From the NCBI RefSeq assembly GCF_009914755.1, contig NC_060938.1: a stretch of 64,000 nt of DNA, one strand, 5' to 3'. This document shows, one piece after another, positions 1 through 14,269 of the stretch. The stretch comes from the human T2T-CHM13v2.0 reference genome, Homo sapiens. Position 1 is the first letter of the stretch. The number at the start of each line of letters is the position of its first letter. A program made the position numbers and the translations under genes. The notes beneath the pieces were generated by a model, which had not been told where the DNA came from, did not search any database, and was given only the letters and a program-made list of their open reading frames with translations.

Positions 1-1914
1 TTTTTCCCCTAGTGATTCAGAATCTATAAATGTGATAAATATTGACTTACTGGGCTCCCAACAGATGGAATGAAACATGTAGTAAAACAAAAGCAATACA
101 CTTGTGTTTTGGCATGAAATGAGTGAGAGATTAAGCTGAGGCTTCCCTGTATTATTAAGAGGAAACAAAGTGGATAATATTAATGTTTATGCACAACTGC
201 ATGCCATTTGCAGCAAATAAATATGGCAAACTCGAAAAAGAAGAAAAGAAATAAAAAGACCCAACCATTCTTTTTTTCCCAGGGCAATTATTCCCTTTCC
301 TTTAATTTTCAAAAAAAATTAAAGGAAAATATTTTTTAATTACTGAAAAACAATAATTAAAAAGTTTCTATTCTTCTTAAGTTTTCTGACCACTCCTTTT
401 GATTGCATGTTTTCAAGTATACACTGAGTGCACATTTATTTCAAAAGAAAATTATGATTTGGCTTGTCTAACAGTGCTAAGAAGGAATACTAATACAGTA
501 AAATACTGACTTGAATTCCTCAATACTTACTTAAACACCTCCAAGACAGGATGGCATTTTTCCTGAAGGTAAAAGGTACAAAGCAATGAAAATTCAAATT
601 ATAGAAGAACTATTTCATAACTATGACATGATATTGTCATACTAACACATAGGTGATTTTCCTCTATAAAAAAAAAATCTTTGGAAAGAATTTTTAGCTG
701 AAATATGGGCCAAAATGGCAAGTTTTCCTTGAAAGCACCAGATGAAATAATATTTTTTAAATACATATATATATATGTATATATAAAATGTAAAAATCCA
801 ATTATCAATGTTTTGGTTTTGGTTGTTACCTTTTGTTGCAATGATATAATGCTCTCTAGGGCCAGTGTAAAGAAGCGAAGATCAAAGAACTAAATTCTTA
901 CATGTCAGGTTTTCCAAACCATCATCACTGCAACAAAATAATTTGTCAAATTGTCAAAATTTACAGGCATCCCAGACACAGGAAATTTTGACTGAGTTTG
1001 TGCCTTCACACAGTGCTAATCTCACTCCCGGAGCTGTAAACATGATGGCCGAAGTGACAGCCTGGCTACAAATCCGTCTGGCAGCTTCATTAGACATCTC
1101 TCGCCTGACTGATTAAACTGCATTTAAGACCCACTTTTATTTTTTCAAGCCTTTTGTTTAAATTAAAAGGTCGTGTTTTCAAGCAAATGATCCGCTGTTC
1201 CCTTCCATCCAGGACCATAATACAGTTACATTATTACTAGTGTTACCCAAAGGAGAGTGAGTCAGATGCCCTGCACACCAGCCAGGGGCTCCTCCCCTGG
1301 GGAAGCCGGGACACTGGGGAGGGGGACTGTTTATTTATTTGCAGAAGAACCTAGTGAGGAGGCCTGGCTGGGGAACATTGAAGTCGTCATCAAAGTCCTA
1401 ATGGCCTCCTAATGGGAAAATTTGGGGTTCAATATTAAGGACATACCAGCAATTTCAACAGTCATCCTTTAAAATTGTAGCAGTAACTTTATCTTGAAGT
1501 GGATGCCTTTTCACAAATCTTGATATTTTATCACTGTCCATGCTTAAAAAAACAACTAAAAAGTCAGCTTTCTAAGAACCCAGATCGCTGCATCAAGAAA
1601 ATATAATGGAAACACATGCTACACTGTAAATAATATTTGCTAACTTTTGCTGTAATGTATCAGGAGGTTCATATTATAAATAAAACAGAGGGCAGCTCCA
1701 CGCTCCTGAGCCCCTATTGCAGGCATTCAAGCCAAACAAGGAAAAATGCAGGAAACTTCACTGATTCTTTCCTGTGGTTTTTCTGTTGGTGTGTGTGGCA
1801 AATACAGAAGAGGCGTCTGAGAAATAAACCATTCCTGAGCTGTCTTAACTTCATGGGCAACCACTAAAGACTGTTTCCCATACATTTCACAGCAGGCACA
1901 AGAGCAAGAATATG

Positions 1915-2368
<454 letters not shown>

Positions 2369-2810
2369 TTACCATGCCTCAGTGTGAGACCAATGCCTTT
2401 GTCATGTGTTGATAAAACAAGCGAAGTCAGGATGCATTGACACAGGTAGTGGGATTGATCCTGGAAACTAAAGTCTTATTTCCTAGTGCTGATATTTCTC
2501 ATTTGTTTGTTATAGAATTTTAAGCTTTTATCTGTTATTAAATTCTATGCAAAATTGATTTTTGGATTAGATTTCAACTCCTTTTTTTTTTTTTACATTT
2601 TCAATTGTAATTAAATCCTCCATAATCATCAAGGGTTGAGTAGAACTGGTGTTGGCAAACTCCTACTGAGCATCAGTAACTCAGTGTGAACAAGGTTAGT
2701 GAACCATATTAAAGGAATAGTATTGCCTTTTCATTTTCATTTCAATGAGATTCAACTTATAATAAATATATTTGCATACTGATACTGCAAATAAAATCCA
2801 AAAATTACAA

Positions 2811-2850
2811 ACACACACACACACACACACACACAACAATAACAACAACA
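2811..2850. repeat. (CA)n microsatellite followed by (CAA)n
   Basis: about 12 CA units directly visible. Confidence 0.9.
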
Positions 2851-2869
2851 CATAGACATTTTCACATAC

Positions 2870-3011
2870 TTGGAATGTAAACAATTTCCCAATCTTCAAG
2901 AACATTGCTAGACTGTCTATACCAAAAAGCCCAAGTTCTTGAACTGCATTCATGTAAGCCTATTCGAGGGAGACTGCTCCCAAAGATGTGTAGGAAGTTT
3001 ATACATGGGCA
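2870..3011 (-). other. candidate non-coding exon (142 bp)
   Basis: minus strand: tactaa...attctcttttctcatcAG| acceptor and CAA|GTATGT donor; no recognisable protein. Confidence 0.2.
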
Positions 3012-5519
3012 CTGATGAGAAAAGAGAATCGACATTTTGAACTTTAGTAACTTTTCCAATGTTCGTTTCATTTCTTTAATTTGATGTTGAACAGTAAGAC
3101 AAGATAAAAAGCCTGCTAATAGAAAATGAAATTTGGTTCAAGTTATCAAGTTGTTAAATCTGAATAGTATAAATAAATTTAAATACACTATTTTAAAAAA
3201 TGATTCTGGCACCTGAAATTTAAATTAATAATGAAAATATATTCTTTGAAAGATACAGAATTTCAAAATATAGTGATCTCATTGCAAATTTCATTAATTG
3301 AAAAATTAGCATTTCCCAGCAAGCTCTTAAAACAAAAAATCTCTGTAGAAGGTATTCTAACATATAAGCTAACTTAGGATATCTTGAGATGTTACATGAG
3401 CATGTCCCTATTAGTTTTAAGCAGCACAAACTAAACCTTAAAATTGATTTTAAATTGCTTAAATAAAGAAATATGTAAGGTGTTCCTGTACCTAGTAAGT
3501 ATTTATTATGTTGGTTGTTGTTATTGAGTTATTTGAGTAGTTTTTGATAACTGTCTGACCACTAATGATCAAAGTAATTGATATTCTGCAACTTCTATTC
3601 CTGATCCAATACTTCAATAAGCCAGTCATTACCTATCTAAAGCAAACAAATAAATAAATGAAAGCAAATAACTTTAATTTTTCAGATATGAAAAGCTTAA
3701 TTAAAATTAAGTTAATGTCAACAGTTTTAGATGCAAAAATATTCCCCAAAATGATTGTCAAATTGATGGGGAGAAGGGGAGATATTTTGCTAGCCTTTCC
3801 TATGTTTTTACTCTGAAAAAAAGAACCTATTTTTCCATTTGAAAATCTCTACCAAGTGGGTCAAATCCAAATAACTAACAATTTGTTCCATTCATTAATC
3901 ATGTAAGCTCTAAAGATGTGCTTTTGAAAAAAGTATATTAATATTGATGGACACATTTGGCAAAGCAAGATCAGCTATATACAAAAGCCATTTTAAACAG
4001 CCTCTTTAATAAGGTGGGAGACGAAAAATACCAGTGCACAAGAGTATGTGTTTAATTAGGAGGTATGCTGTATTTAGGAACATTCTAATGAATAATAAAT
4101 GATGTTTTATTTCCTGTGTCTTAGACACAAAGCCAAATAATCAAGAATCAAAGCAACTCCAAGTATTAGGTAACAATCAGTAAACTTGGGCAAGATTCTT
4201 TTTCCCTCTCAAGTTTAATTGGCTCATTGTTCCCAGGAACTATAAACCATGGGGTTGGTGGCAGTGCCGAAGTTTACTTCTATAAAGGAAGATTAACATA
4301 TTCTGGAACTTTACACTAATCCTTGTTTTGAGTTAACTCAAGCAGATTGGATTAGTAATTCTTACCTACCACCCACTAGAAGGAACCCCAGCCTCTTTTC
4401 TTTGACAACCAGTGGTATTGTACACCTTCTGTGCATTATCTCCCACTGAAAACATTCTCCAGGAAGAAACTGTGTTAAAGGAGAAAGAAATTGTTTTACA
4501 CGAGGGGGCAAGAACCAGGCTTCTCAAAGCTGAAGCAGGTTGTTTGTCTATTATCAGCTTGGTGCACATTTGGTTAATTCAGGCAGTGGTGGGTATTCTG
4601 AGAAGTTCATTAAACATTTCCTCATCAGTGAATTGGCTTTTCTCTTCTCCTCGTTTGGGGAGGGCTGCTGCCCAGAGGCAAGAGAAAGGCCTCCTCCCTT
4701 CAAGCCCTCCTAGAACCATTTCTGGCTCCTTTCTTTTCCTTGGATTCTCTCAACTCTCAGATATGAACCAGAAGTAAACTGAACAATTCTCTAGGGAAAT
4801 GATTATTTAGCCCTGTTCTTATTAATACAATTACCTTATATTCCTATTGATGTGAAGTCGTTATAGAAAGAATACAAACAAACAAAAAAATCAAGTTCTG
4901 CTGAGATGCCTTTGGCCTGTAGGTTCAGATCCCCACAGGCCTATGTCTGTTGGCACGTGCCTGAAGAATTTTGATTTTGCATTTTTGAATAAATGGCTTA
5001 ACATCCCTTTTTATTCCTATCTTTAACTTTCTAACAATCTTAAACTGTGACCACTATTCATGATCTACCTCCATTCTGTAAAGAACAAAACCATAGAAAT
5101 CCACTGCTGTCCTCGTTTTCGTGGTAGCTTTTGCTACAGAGCAGCCAGCTGGCCCTTTTGTAATGCTAGGACATAGTCAATCACTGTTTTAATATTAAAC
5201 ATTATTAGAAGCAGGTAAAATATTTCATTTTTTGTTCTATGAGTGAAAAGTCTAAATATGAATTATTGTTTTACTTCAAATAACCAATACAATGTATTTG
5301 AAGCAGAATTGCCAAGAAGTTGATTTTAAAAATTAAAATGATGTTTAAAATTACTTTACCCCATTCCTTTACATGAATTCCAGCCAAGTGAAAACAACTG
5401 CCTACTAAATATTAAATAGGGAATAATGATCTATGATTTTGAGGAATTTGAAAGAGACAAAGAGAGAGATAATTACTTAGCATCCACTTGGAGCCAACAA
5501 CTAGCCTAAGCAATTTATA

Positions 5520-5660
5520 TACAATTTTGTGTAAAATAGACATTAGTTTTCCCATTACACAGATGCAGAATCTGAGAGGTTAGATAGCATCCCCAGAACA
5601 ATATGGTGAGCATGAGGATTTGAACCCAGGTTGATGGGACTCCAATACTCATATTGTTTT
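5520..5660 (-). mobile_element. MIR SINE fragment
   Basis: MIR core-like cccattacacagatg...gaggtta...ggatttgaacccagg. Confidence 0.65.
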
Positions 5661-7276
5661 AGTACCAAATATCTTGTTTCACATAGTATCATTTTGAGAG
5701 CTATAAGTTCATAAGATAAGAACAATAATTAGCATACAAATGAACTTGACTAACATTCTGGCCACCCAGCAGATGACACTGGCCAAAGGAATGAGAGGAA
5801 GGAGAGGCAGGACTGAGAGGTGAGCTTTGAGCAAGACCCTCACCTAAAAGGGCAGGCCTAGGTAGGACTTGAAACAGCCTTAACAGCCAAGGTCACCTAT
5901 GGTAATGAATACCTAGAAATGTTATAAAGAGATCTCCCAATGTGGACATGAGGGCTTCAAGAAGGAACATCACCTGCTTCTAAATTGTGCTTCCTCATCT
6001 TTTCCTTCCCCCAACCTTCCCAACACTGGTCAATCTCAGCCAGGAAACCAGCCCGGCCATCCTCCTGGCCTTTAAAGGAAAGTCATAAAGAAGTCAGAGC
6101 CCAAAGCCCAGACCCCCTCCACACTACTCTGTTTTGCCTCTTACTACTGCCTCGATCCTGTTTTCACCGGCTCAGAAATCTTGATCCAATGACACCCTTT
6201 CCATCCCTCCAGGCCCTCTGCGGTCTTCTACCGTAATGATAAATTATATAGTTACCGTCGCTGTTGGGTGAATACACACTTACACACACACACATTACTG
6301 TCAGCCAAACTCTAGCCTTCCTTAAAGAAATGCCTTCCAAACAACCCTGAGCAGGACATAGACGTTTCTGTGCAAGGTAAAAGGAGTGAATAGATTCTAA
6401 TCTTTCCTCAGGCATCATGCACAGTGAAAGGAGTGGGAGAAAGCAAGTGTTACCTTTATTTTTATTTTCTTTTTCATTACCTCCTATGTGTTAGCCAGGG
6501 ATGACAGATAGGTTTCCACTGGGCAGTCATCCCCAGCAAGTGGCAAGGTCCGTGGAAGCCTCCTGTGGCAGAGGGTAAGCCTCTGCTCATCCTCAATTGC
6601 ACAGTGCCACAGCGACCTCCCCCCTGCCCCCCGCCCCACAGCGCGCCAGCAGTCTGCAGGAGGAAGGAGCACTGGCTTAGTTCTGCTGGCAAAGACAGGC
6701 TAGGTTTCAGAGTGTCCTTTCCATACTACATTTCAAAACTTCAGCTTTGTTTAAAAAACTTTGTTATTTGTCTTAGTCCTTTCTTAGTCCAAGAAAGGAC
6801 TAAGATGTTTCCCCAATATTTTTTTTTGGTCCCTGTTCATGGAGAGAATTATCTGACATTGCAACCAAACAAAATTTCTTTCTTTTTACTATCCTGTAAA
6901 TGCTGAAGTCTATAGAATATTCCTTTAATATGCATCAGATTTCCCAATCTATTAGTCAAGATTTGTTGGGTGCTAGCAAAAGAGATCTAAGTCAAGCTAG
7001 TGTAAGCCTTAAAAGGTATTTGATCTGCTCTCTTAAGTGAAAAGTCCAAATTCTCTTTTAAGTAATTTCAGGCACAGCTAAATCCAGGAGCAAATGTCAT
7101 TTAAATTCTGTCTCTCAGATTTACCTTCGACTATATGTGAGCCCCATTCATTCTGCTTTGCAAATGTCCTTCCTTAAAGGGCCTGGGGAAGATGGCTCAC
7201 AGAAGTTCCCAAACACACACACATACATGTTCACACACTAAATAGGGAAGAAATACTAGAATTGCCAAATGACATG

Positions 7277-7835
7277 CCATATTTCATTCATTCTAGAACT
7301 TCTTCCTTCTTTTCTTCCTATTTCTCCTTCTTTCTTTTCTTTTTTCCTTCCTTCCGTCCTTTCTTCTTTTCTTTAATTTTTTCAGCATTTAACATCTCTG
7401 CAATCAGAATATACCTTAAACTTGCTGTCACCAGATGGCAGTTGAGACACTACTCAAACATGTTCTCTACCCGAACACACTGTCTTTACCTGAACATGTT
7501 CCTCTGAACTTGCAGAATGGATGTCAGTGGCTTAGGAAAAAGCCCCAGAGACTGTAATACTCTTTTCAGAAATACTTCATCACTGATAATCTTGATGAGA
7601 ATATTGGGTGGAAAAACATGCGTAACAACAACTGCAAGTCCAAAAATAATTCAGAATTGAACACTGCCTGTAAAGAAGTATTAGAAGTACCATTAGTTTT
7701 GCTTACATTTTATTTTTACTTATACACAAGGTAAGATATTACAGAAATTGGTGTCACTATAAGTCTAAAAGAGCACTTTCAGTAAATAAAAAATAAAATT
7801 TCGTAATGATGCAGCTTAGCACAAATGAAGCAAGT
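7277..7835 (+). mobile_element. TcMar-Tc2 (Kanga/MER104-like) DNA transposon relic with an internal CT-rich expansion
   Basis: ccatatttcattcattctag...ttttttcagcatttaacatctctgcaatcag resembles the MER104/Kanga terminus; internal gcagaatggatgtcagtggcttaggaaaaa transposase-derived segment. Confidence 0.55.
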
Positions 7836-7999
7836 GATGTCTACAAATCCATATCCATTTTCTGTTCACTAGAACAGAATTGTAGACAAGTCCCAATTCT
7901 GAGCTGATGGAAGTATTGTTTTATGTCATTACAACACTATTTATGATCTTCATTTTATCTACACATGAAATTGTGGGTAAGGAGATAACAGAGTTTCCT

Positions 8000-8170
8000 A
8001 AGGATGGTATAGCAGAAAACATGCAGACCTAAGAGAAAGAACCCAAGATTCTTGAGTTCCAAGCCTAACTCTAGCTGGAAATCATAGGGAATTCACTTAA
8101 CCTATCTGGGCTTTACCTAACCTTATCTGTAACAGAAATTGAATAATCACTAAGATCTCATCTGGTTATA
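8000..8170 (+). mobile_element. MIR fragment
   Basis: ttgagttccaagcctaactct...tcacttaacctatctgggcttt...ttatctgtaa. Confidence 0.55.
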
Positions 8171-9993
8171 ATATTTTTAAAACTAACAATATAATATACT
8201 TACTATAAAAACCTAGTGTTCTTATTTTAGAACTCCATGAATTATTTTAGAATGCGTTAAGTATAACTGTATCACACACGAAAGTGTAATAATTCATGTT
8301 ATCCCAAAACATTAAAAGAAACGTGTGTTAAAGCTAGCAACACCCACGGTTTTTCCTAAATACATCAAAATAGCACAAAATATCAGGCTAAACATTATTC
8401 AACATTTCTTTTTTATCTGTCCATGCTAAACACACTGAAATATCCAGTGTGTTAATGAGTTTAACATTATTGGGCCACGTCAGGAAACGCTGACTCCTGA
8501 CTCTAGGTTATTTGTTCAGTAGGTTGATTTTTGTCTGAACAGAAAAGAGTCAATCAATTTCTTAATTTCTTCCCAAAGAAGCAAGAGAAGGAAGTGGTTA
8601 CCCAGGAAGCAGACCAGACCAAAGGTGTCCCACAGCTAAAAATTGGAGTTCAAAGGAAAAGCAGCTTGATGTTCAAAATTACGCAAAAATAGAAGCTGAA
8701 GTTTCTGTTAGAGCACAATGCAGACTAAGTATTCAGCCTATAAAAGTCTCCCAACCCAAGAAACAAAAGAAGAAAATACGCGATAAACAGCAATAACAGC
8801 AGCTCTAACGAGCCTGGGTGTCAGCTCCTGTATGGAATATCAAGGCAATCATTCTTAATTTCGTTCTAGTTTTCTCTTACTCATTTCTTCTCATCACATC
8901 TGCAGAGAAACCCCATGCTGTTTGTACCTCTGATTTCTGCATAACATATAAATAGTAAGAAGCAGAAAAGGGAAGAAAACCAAAAACCTTCACTAAGCTC
9001 CGGGAGTCCAGTATTTGCTAAATGTGTAACAGAGCCTCCTTAGCAGTTTCTTTTGGTGAGGAAATGGACACAGTAAAAAAGTTGTCCAGGGCTGCAAAAG
9101 GAGTAAGTACCTAGAACAAGAATAAGTCTCAGATTCCTGAGCCATTGATTAAATGCAAAATTGAGCTTTCATTTCAACAATGACTGCATCAGGACTTTCA
9201 CTAGCACAAGATAATTTTGGTATAAACATAAGAAAAGTTTTTCTAATATGAATATGTAAGATGGTAGAGTGTGCTACAGAGGGAGAAAAAGCAACCTCTG
9301 CCTTTTCAGAAGTATCAGCTAATATATTCATTCCATCGAACCACTGCTGATGTGGTACCCTTTTAATACTTTTAGACATGGAAGTACTTTATTCCCACTC
9401 ATCTCCCTGACTGCTTCTTTCTAGTTTCCTTCAATAACTCTTACTTCCTCTTACTGTTCTGACATTCCCCTGTGTCCCAAAGTACTTTGTCTATGTTACT
9501 TCCAAACTGTTCCCCAAACTAAACATAACACTCTAAGAGTGGTCTGACCAAGAAAAAAGAGAATAGTTCCAGGTGGGTCCCTTTTTATCTGCACTAAAGT
9601 ATTAATGCAACCAGTACTTCCTTTGTTGTTCATTTTATTGCTAATCTTTACTTCATTTTGATGTCAATACGAATACCTGAAACACTCACATGCTATTATG
9701 TCACAATTTCCCCAGCCTATACTTGATGTTATTTTTTGGACCCAAGTACAGGACTTTACATTTTTCTTATTAAATTCCTTCTTGTTAGATTTGGCCCATT
9801 TAGATATTCTAAAATTCTGATTCTGCTATCCAGCAGATAGCTTTTCCAATGAGCTGCAGGCCATTTGCAAATGTGATTAGCATCCCAGCTACATCATCAT
9901 CCAAGTTATTGATAAAAATGGTAAGAGCAGACAAGAGAGCCTGGCAACACAGCAGTCTAAACCTTCCTCCAGGGTAACATTCATGTTAGTGCC

Positions 9994-10250
9994 TGTGTCA
10001 GTCGAGGTCCAACCAGGAAAACAGAAACCACCCTGAGCATTTAAAACAGAGACAATTTAATACAGGGGAGCTGTTTCACAGAAAACGGAAGACCTGAGAA
10101 GCCAAACAGGGAATGATAAGGCAACCCAGAAAGCAGCCAGAGCGGGAAGCCACTGTCACTCATAGGCTGGCATAACCAAGTGAGCAATGTTAGATGAACC
10201 CATCAGCAAAAGGTTAGAGCCAAGCAGGAGATGCAGCCATGCTAGCCTTC
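9994..10250. mobile_element. old ERVL/MaLR LTR fragment
   Basis: tgtgtcagtcgaggtccaaccaggaaaacagaaaccacc LTR-type terminus. Confidence 0.5.
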
Positions 10251-10263
10251 CCCCTGTTCGGCT

Positions 10264-10314
10264 TTGTTTGATCAGTTACTAATGGATTGTTTAATCAGTT
10301 ACTAATGGATTGTT
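10264..10314. repeat. 23-bp tandem duplication
   Basis: ttgttt(g/a)atcagttactaatgga x2. Confidence 0.9.
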
Positions 10315-10539
10315 CTTGAATCCAAGATGATTTCTCCATCTTGTTTGTAAGAAAATAAGGAAAGAATTTCTTAGGTGTCTTGGTAAAGTCCAATTCTGTA
10401 ATATTGGCCCTATTTAACTTAATCTAGCACACTGATAGTCCCACTAAATGAAGAGATAAGACTACTCTATAATAACTCAGTTTTAGTGATTCTTTGCTTT
10501 CTCATTTAAATCTACACAAATTATTATTCTATATGCATG

Positions 10540-10738
10540 CTAGCAAACTATAGCCTATAGGCCGAATCTAGCTCATCATTGATAAAGTTCATTGAACACA
10601 GACATATTCATTTCTACATTGTCTATGGCTGCTTTCACACTGTAAAGGCAGAGTTGAATCATTGTGACAGAGACCATATGGCCTACAAGGCCCAAAATAT
10701 CTACTATCTGATCCTTTACAGAAAAAGCCAGCCCTTGG
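10540..10738 (+). mobile_element. MER58A-like hAT-Charlie MITE
   Basis: gcaaactatagcctataggcc...gtctatggctgctttcac...gacagagaccatatggcc...cctttacagaaaaag. Confidence 0.75.
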
Positions 10739-10855
10739 TTTATACTTCGCAGACTCCATCTGCTTCTATCTTTTAAACAGCAGACTATTTCTCATCTCTA
10801 CTCTTTTTGCTCCTCTCTTGTTTTCTATTCTACCTCTATCATGGTCAATCATGGT

Positions 10856-11226
10856 TGTTATGGACTGAATATTTGTGTCCCTCCAAAATTCATATGTTAA
10901 AATCCTAACCCCCAATGTAATGGTATTGGGAGCTGAGGCTTTTGAGGGGTGATTAGGTTATGAAGGCAGAGCCCTCATAAATGAGATTAGTGCCTTTATA
11001 AGAGGGGACATGAGAGAGTTTGCTTCTTCTCTGTCTCCCTCCCCTCTGTGAGGATACAAGAAGATGAATATCTGCAATCAGAAAAGAGGCTTTTACCAAG
11101 AACCTCATCATGCTGACACTCTCATCTTGGACTTTAAGCCTCTACAACTGTGAGAAAAAGAGATGGTGTTGTTTAAGCCATTCAGTTTATGATAATTTGT
11201 TATAGCTGCCCAAACTGACTAAGGCA
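10856..11226 (+). mobile_element. MLT1A-type MaLR solo LTR
   Basis: TG...CA termini, TGTTATGGACTGAAT start, 5-bp TSD atggt/gtggt. Confidence 0.85.
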
Positions 11227-11269
11227 GTGGTTGATTAATATTGTTTTCTCTTTTTCCCTGGGAGACCTG

Positions 11270-11814
11270 AAAATGTTCCCACAATGGCCTGCAAAGGCCT
11301 ACACAAACAGGTCCCTCATTACTTCTCTAACCTCATTACCAACCCCTTACACTTCATCACTCCTGTTAGATTCCAGCTTGTTTGGGTTGGTCCATTGAGA
11401 CGTTTGTAGGTTCTGATTCTCTTTCCTGCTAACTCCTAGGACATAGCAGGCGCAACCCACCTCAGGGTCTTTGCACTTAGTGTTTTCTTTGCCTGGCGAG
11501 CTCTTGTCCCAGATATCTACATTAATGGCTCCCATACTCCTTTGCTGAAGTGGCACTTCTCAGTGAGCTTTTTCCTGACTTTCCTATTCAAAATTGCCAT
11601 CACCATCGTTTTCCCTGTACCATTCACTCAAAACCTTCTCTGCTTTACTCTTCTCCAAAGCACTTGTCACCTTCTGACACAATTATTTGCTTATTTTCTG
11701 CTCTTTCTCCAAATCCCACTAGAATGTAAACTCCAGGGGGACAGGGTTTTCGTCTTGTTCGTTAATGAATGTATCTCCAGCACGTAGAACAATGTGAGGC
11801 AAATAATAGGCATG

Positions 11815-11871
<57 letters not shown>

Positions 11872-11888
11872 TTTTTTAATGAATGAAG
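11270..11888 (+). mobile_element. L2 3' end
   Basis: ctagaatgtaaactcc...cagcacgtagaacaatgt...aatgaatgaa terminal signature. Confidence 0.8.
11817..11877. repeat. (AT)n plus poly-T compound microsatellite inside the L2 tail
   Basis: directly visible. Confidence 0.95.
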
Positions 11889-14269
11889 GTCAAGACACTA
11901 ACTCATTTAGAACAACTGGCTACTCTCTTGTCATCTCTTCAATCATCTCAGGTTCGCTTGACTGTCATCTTCTGCAAGCAGGGAGAGCAGGTAAAGAATT
12001 ATGCCTGCAATTGGATCAGCAAAGAGAGAACTTCCATATGGCAAGAAAAAGAGTGAATCGTTAAGGTTCTATTGGAATTTGCATACAAGTAAATCACCAA
12101 GGAGTCTTTAGTCAACCTTTTCAAAACTGACATTAAAGCACTTTGAAAGATCCATGTCTGGAGACTCTAGGTAACAACTCTATTTTTCAATTGCCATTCT
12201 ACTTGTCCGTCCCCTGCCCCAACCCATGGCTCTCCATTAATAAAGTTGCTATAACTTAACCCTACGTTAGTATAACCAGCATATCTGAGGAGCTCTGAAA
12301 ATTTTGTTATAGTCCATTGCACCACAGAAAGCCTTTCCAGCACCTAAGAAAGAAGTGACGTTTATTCACATCTATTCCTCTCTCTTCTCAATTCATGAAG
12401 AGGTCTTGGCACGACAAGAATCATAAAACCCCAAACTCTTCACATGCAGTAAGTCTTGTCAGGGGTCTGATGAAATGTGACTGGTCTAAATAAATTTGAT
12501 TGGGCAAACTATTTTTATTTCACTGTCAGCCAATATCAGGGGCTTCAGGGCTGTTTTATTGATCAAGTTGACTTTCTAACATTTTGAAATCTGCATAACT
12601 ACTCAATATTGCATTTTTTTTTCAGTGTGAAGTTTTTTCCTGGACTTCTTGAATCTAAACCTTTAGCACGATTGAGATTTTTGCACATCCTTAAAGTTAG
12701 CATTTTATTTGTTTATTTGTCTTAAATAAGCCTTTACTTTTAGAATATCACTTCTTTATTCTAACACTTGCCTGTCCTTACTGTTGTTAAGTTTGTAGAT
12801 CTTTCTCATTTTTGAATTTTAAAATTATATCTCTTTTTATATTACTATATTGAAACATTTTACAAGTATTCAGATAGTTAAAACATTAAGATCTGTAAGA
12901 TAATGTCATTGTTATTCTAAAATTAAACATGAAAGTATTCTGCCAAAGAGCCTTTGTTCTGAGTCTCTGGGAAGATGAGAAGCTCACAAAAGTGAACTAT
13001 TAAATGATCTAAGCTATTTCCAACCATTCTTTAGTTTCAAACCCACTGCTGATTATTTTTAAATATTTTTATAGTTCATAAAAAATAATTAAATGTAAGG
13101 TTTCATTGTACTTCTAGTGCTAACCTAAAACTGTTTCAAATGACCTTTATTTTATTATTTCACAACGGCCTTTTGTTCTGGGTTTTTCCATCTGTTTGCT
13201 AAGCATTTTTCAATGGAAGTCTCAATTAGAAGAAAAAAGGGAGGGGGGGACAATTATTTAATTCAAAAATTAATTCGGAGATCAGGCAACTGACTTAGGC
13301 TCATGCCAGCAACTTAAGGCTTTTCAGCTTTGGCCACATGATCCAAAGGAACTGAGCAACAACTGTCTAGCTGCTTTAATCCTCCTTAATTTGAGTGCAA
13401 AGAAACTCACATGTGTTTCTAAGAACATTGTTGGAGTACAAGAAGTCCATTTCTGGGGGACTCCATCTAATGCCCTTGTTTTGCTGATCTCACTGTATTG
13501 TAAATTAATTTTTAAACCGCACATAAGCAGAGAGTGAGGTGGGGTTGGGAGTGGGGAGTCGCTAAAAGCAAGGCTGTGTCCCGTGTTGTTAAAACAACTA
13601 CTGAAGGAGCCTTCAAAGACTTTCTTCATACCATGACATGAGTTTTCTTTATGTTGCGATAAAGCTGGGCCCAGTCATGAGAAAGACAAAAGTACGCACT
13701 GCTCCCCCTAACTTATCTCCGAGAAGCTGGTGAAAGGCGCCGGAGAGCACAGCCTGGCAGGCTGCTTCTCTTCCTTTGTGTGGAACCCTCTGGGTTCACT
13801 GGCATTTAGGGGAACTTAATTAAAATCCATGGATAATTTTCCAGGAAGTAGATTAAACTTTAATGGTGAATGCGTTCTGTTAAGAGACTTTAATTCTCTC
13901 TGACTTGTTTAACTTGGGAGGGGAAAAGCCTAAAGATTGAAAACTGGTGTGTTTTCTATGCATTTTAAGTCTGCAGAGATGATGGGCAACTGAATTCTCA
14001 AAACTTTTTATCTGGGGTTTCCTCATCAAAATGGAAAGTCAGAAAACCAGATGGGGCTGGACCTTGCTGGACAAAATTGCGGAGCAGGTGTTTCTGTCTC
14101 CAGTGCCCCCTGTTTCTGCTTTCTTCAGCCTTCTTCCCCCTTGGTTCCCATCTCCAGCTCTTGAAAGAACCTCCCTCCCTGTGCAAAAATCCTCCCTCCT
14201 CCTTCATCCACACACAGCCAAACTTACTCTCTAGAAAGAGTTGGATCAAACCATTCAAACCAAGGAGTA

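Larger units (their letters stand above)
9150..10520 (-). mobile_element. L3/CR1 LINE relic, interrupted by an LTR fragment
   Basis: CR1-like motifs (aagtacaggactttacattt, catcatccaagttattgataaaaatg, SEKAEV-like translation). Confidence 0.55.

Noticed and set aside
9149-9379. 76-aa ORF as a host exon
   Set aside because: Better explained as a CR1/L3 ORF2 remnant
10264-10314. Direct repeats as a CRISPR-like array
   Set aside because: Two adjacent copies without spacers in eukaryotic DNA; a simple tandem duplication
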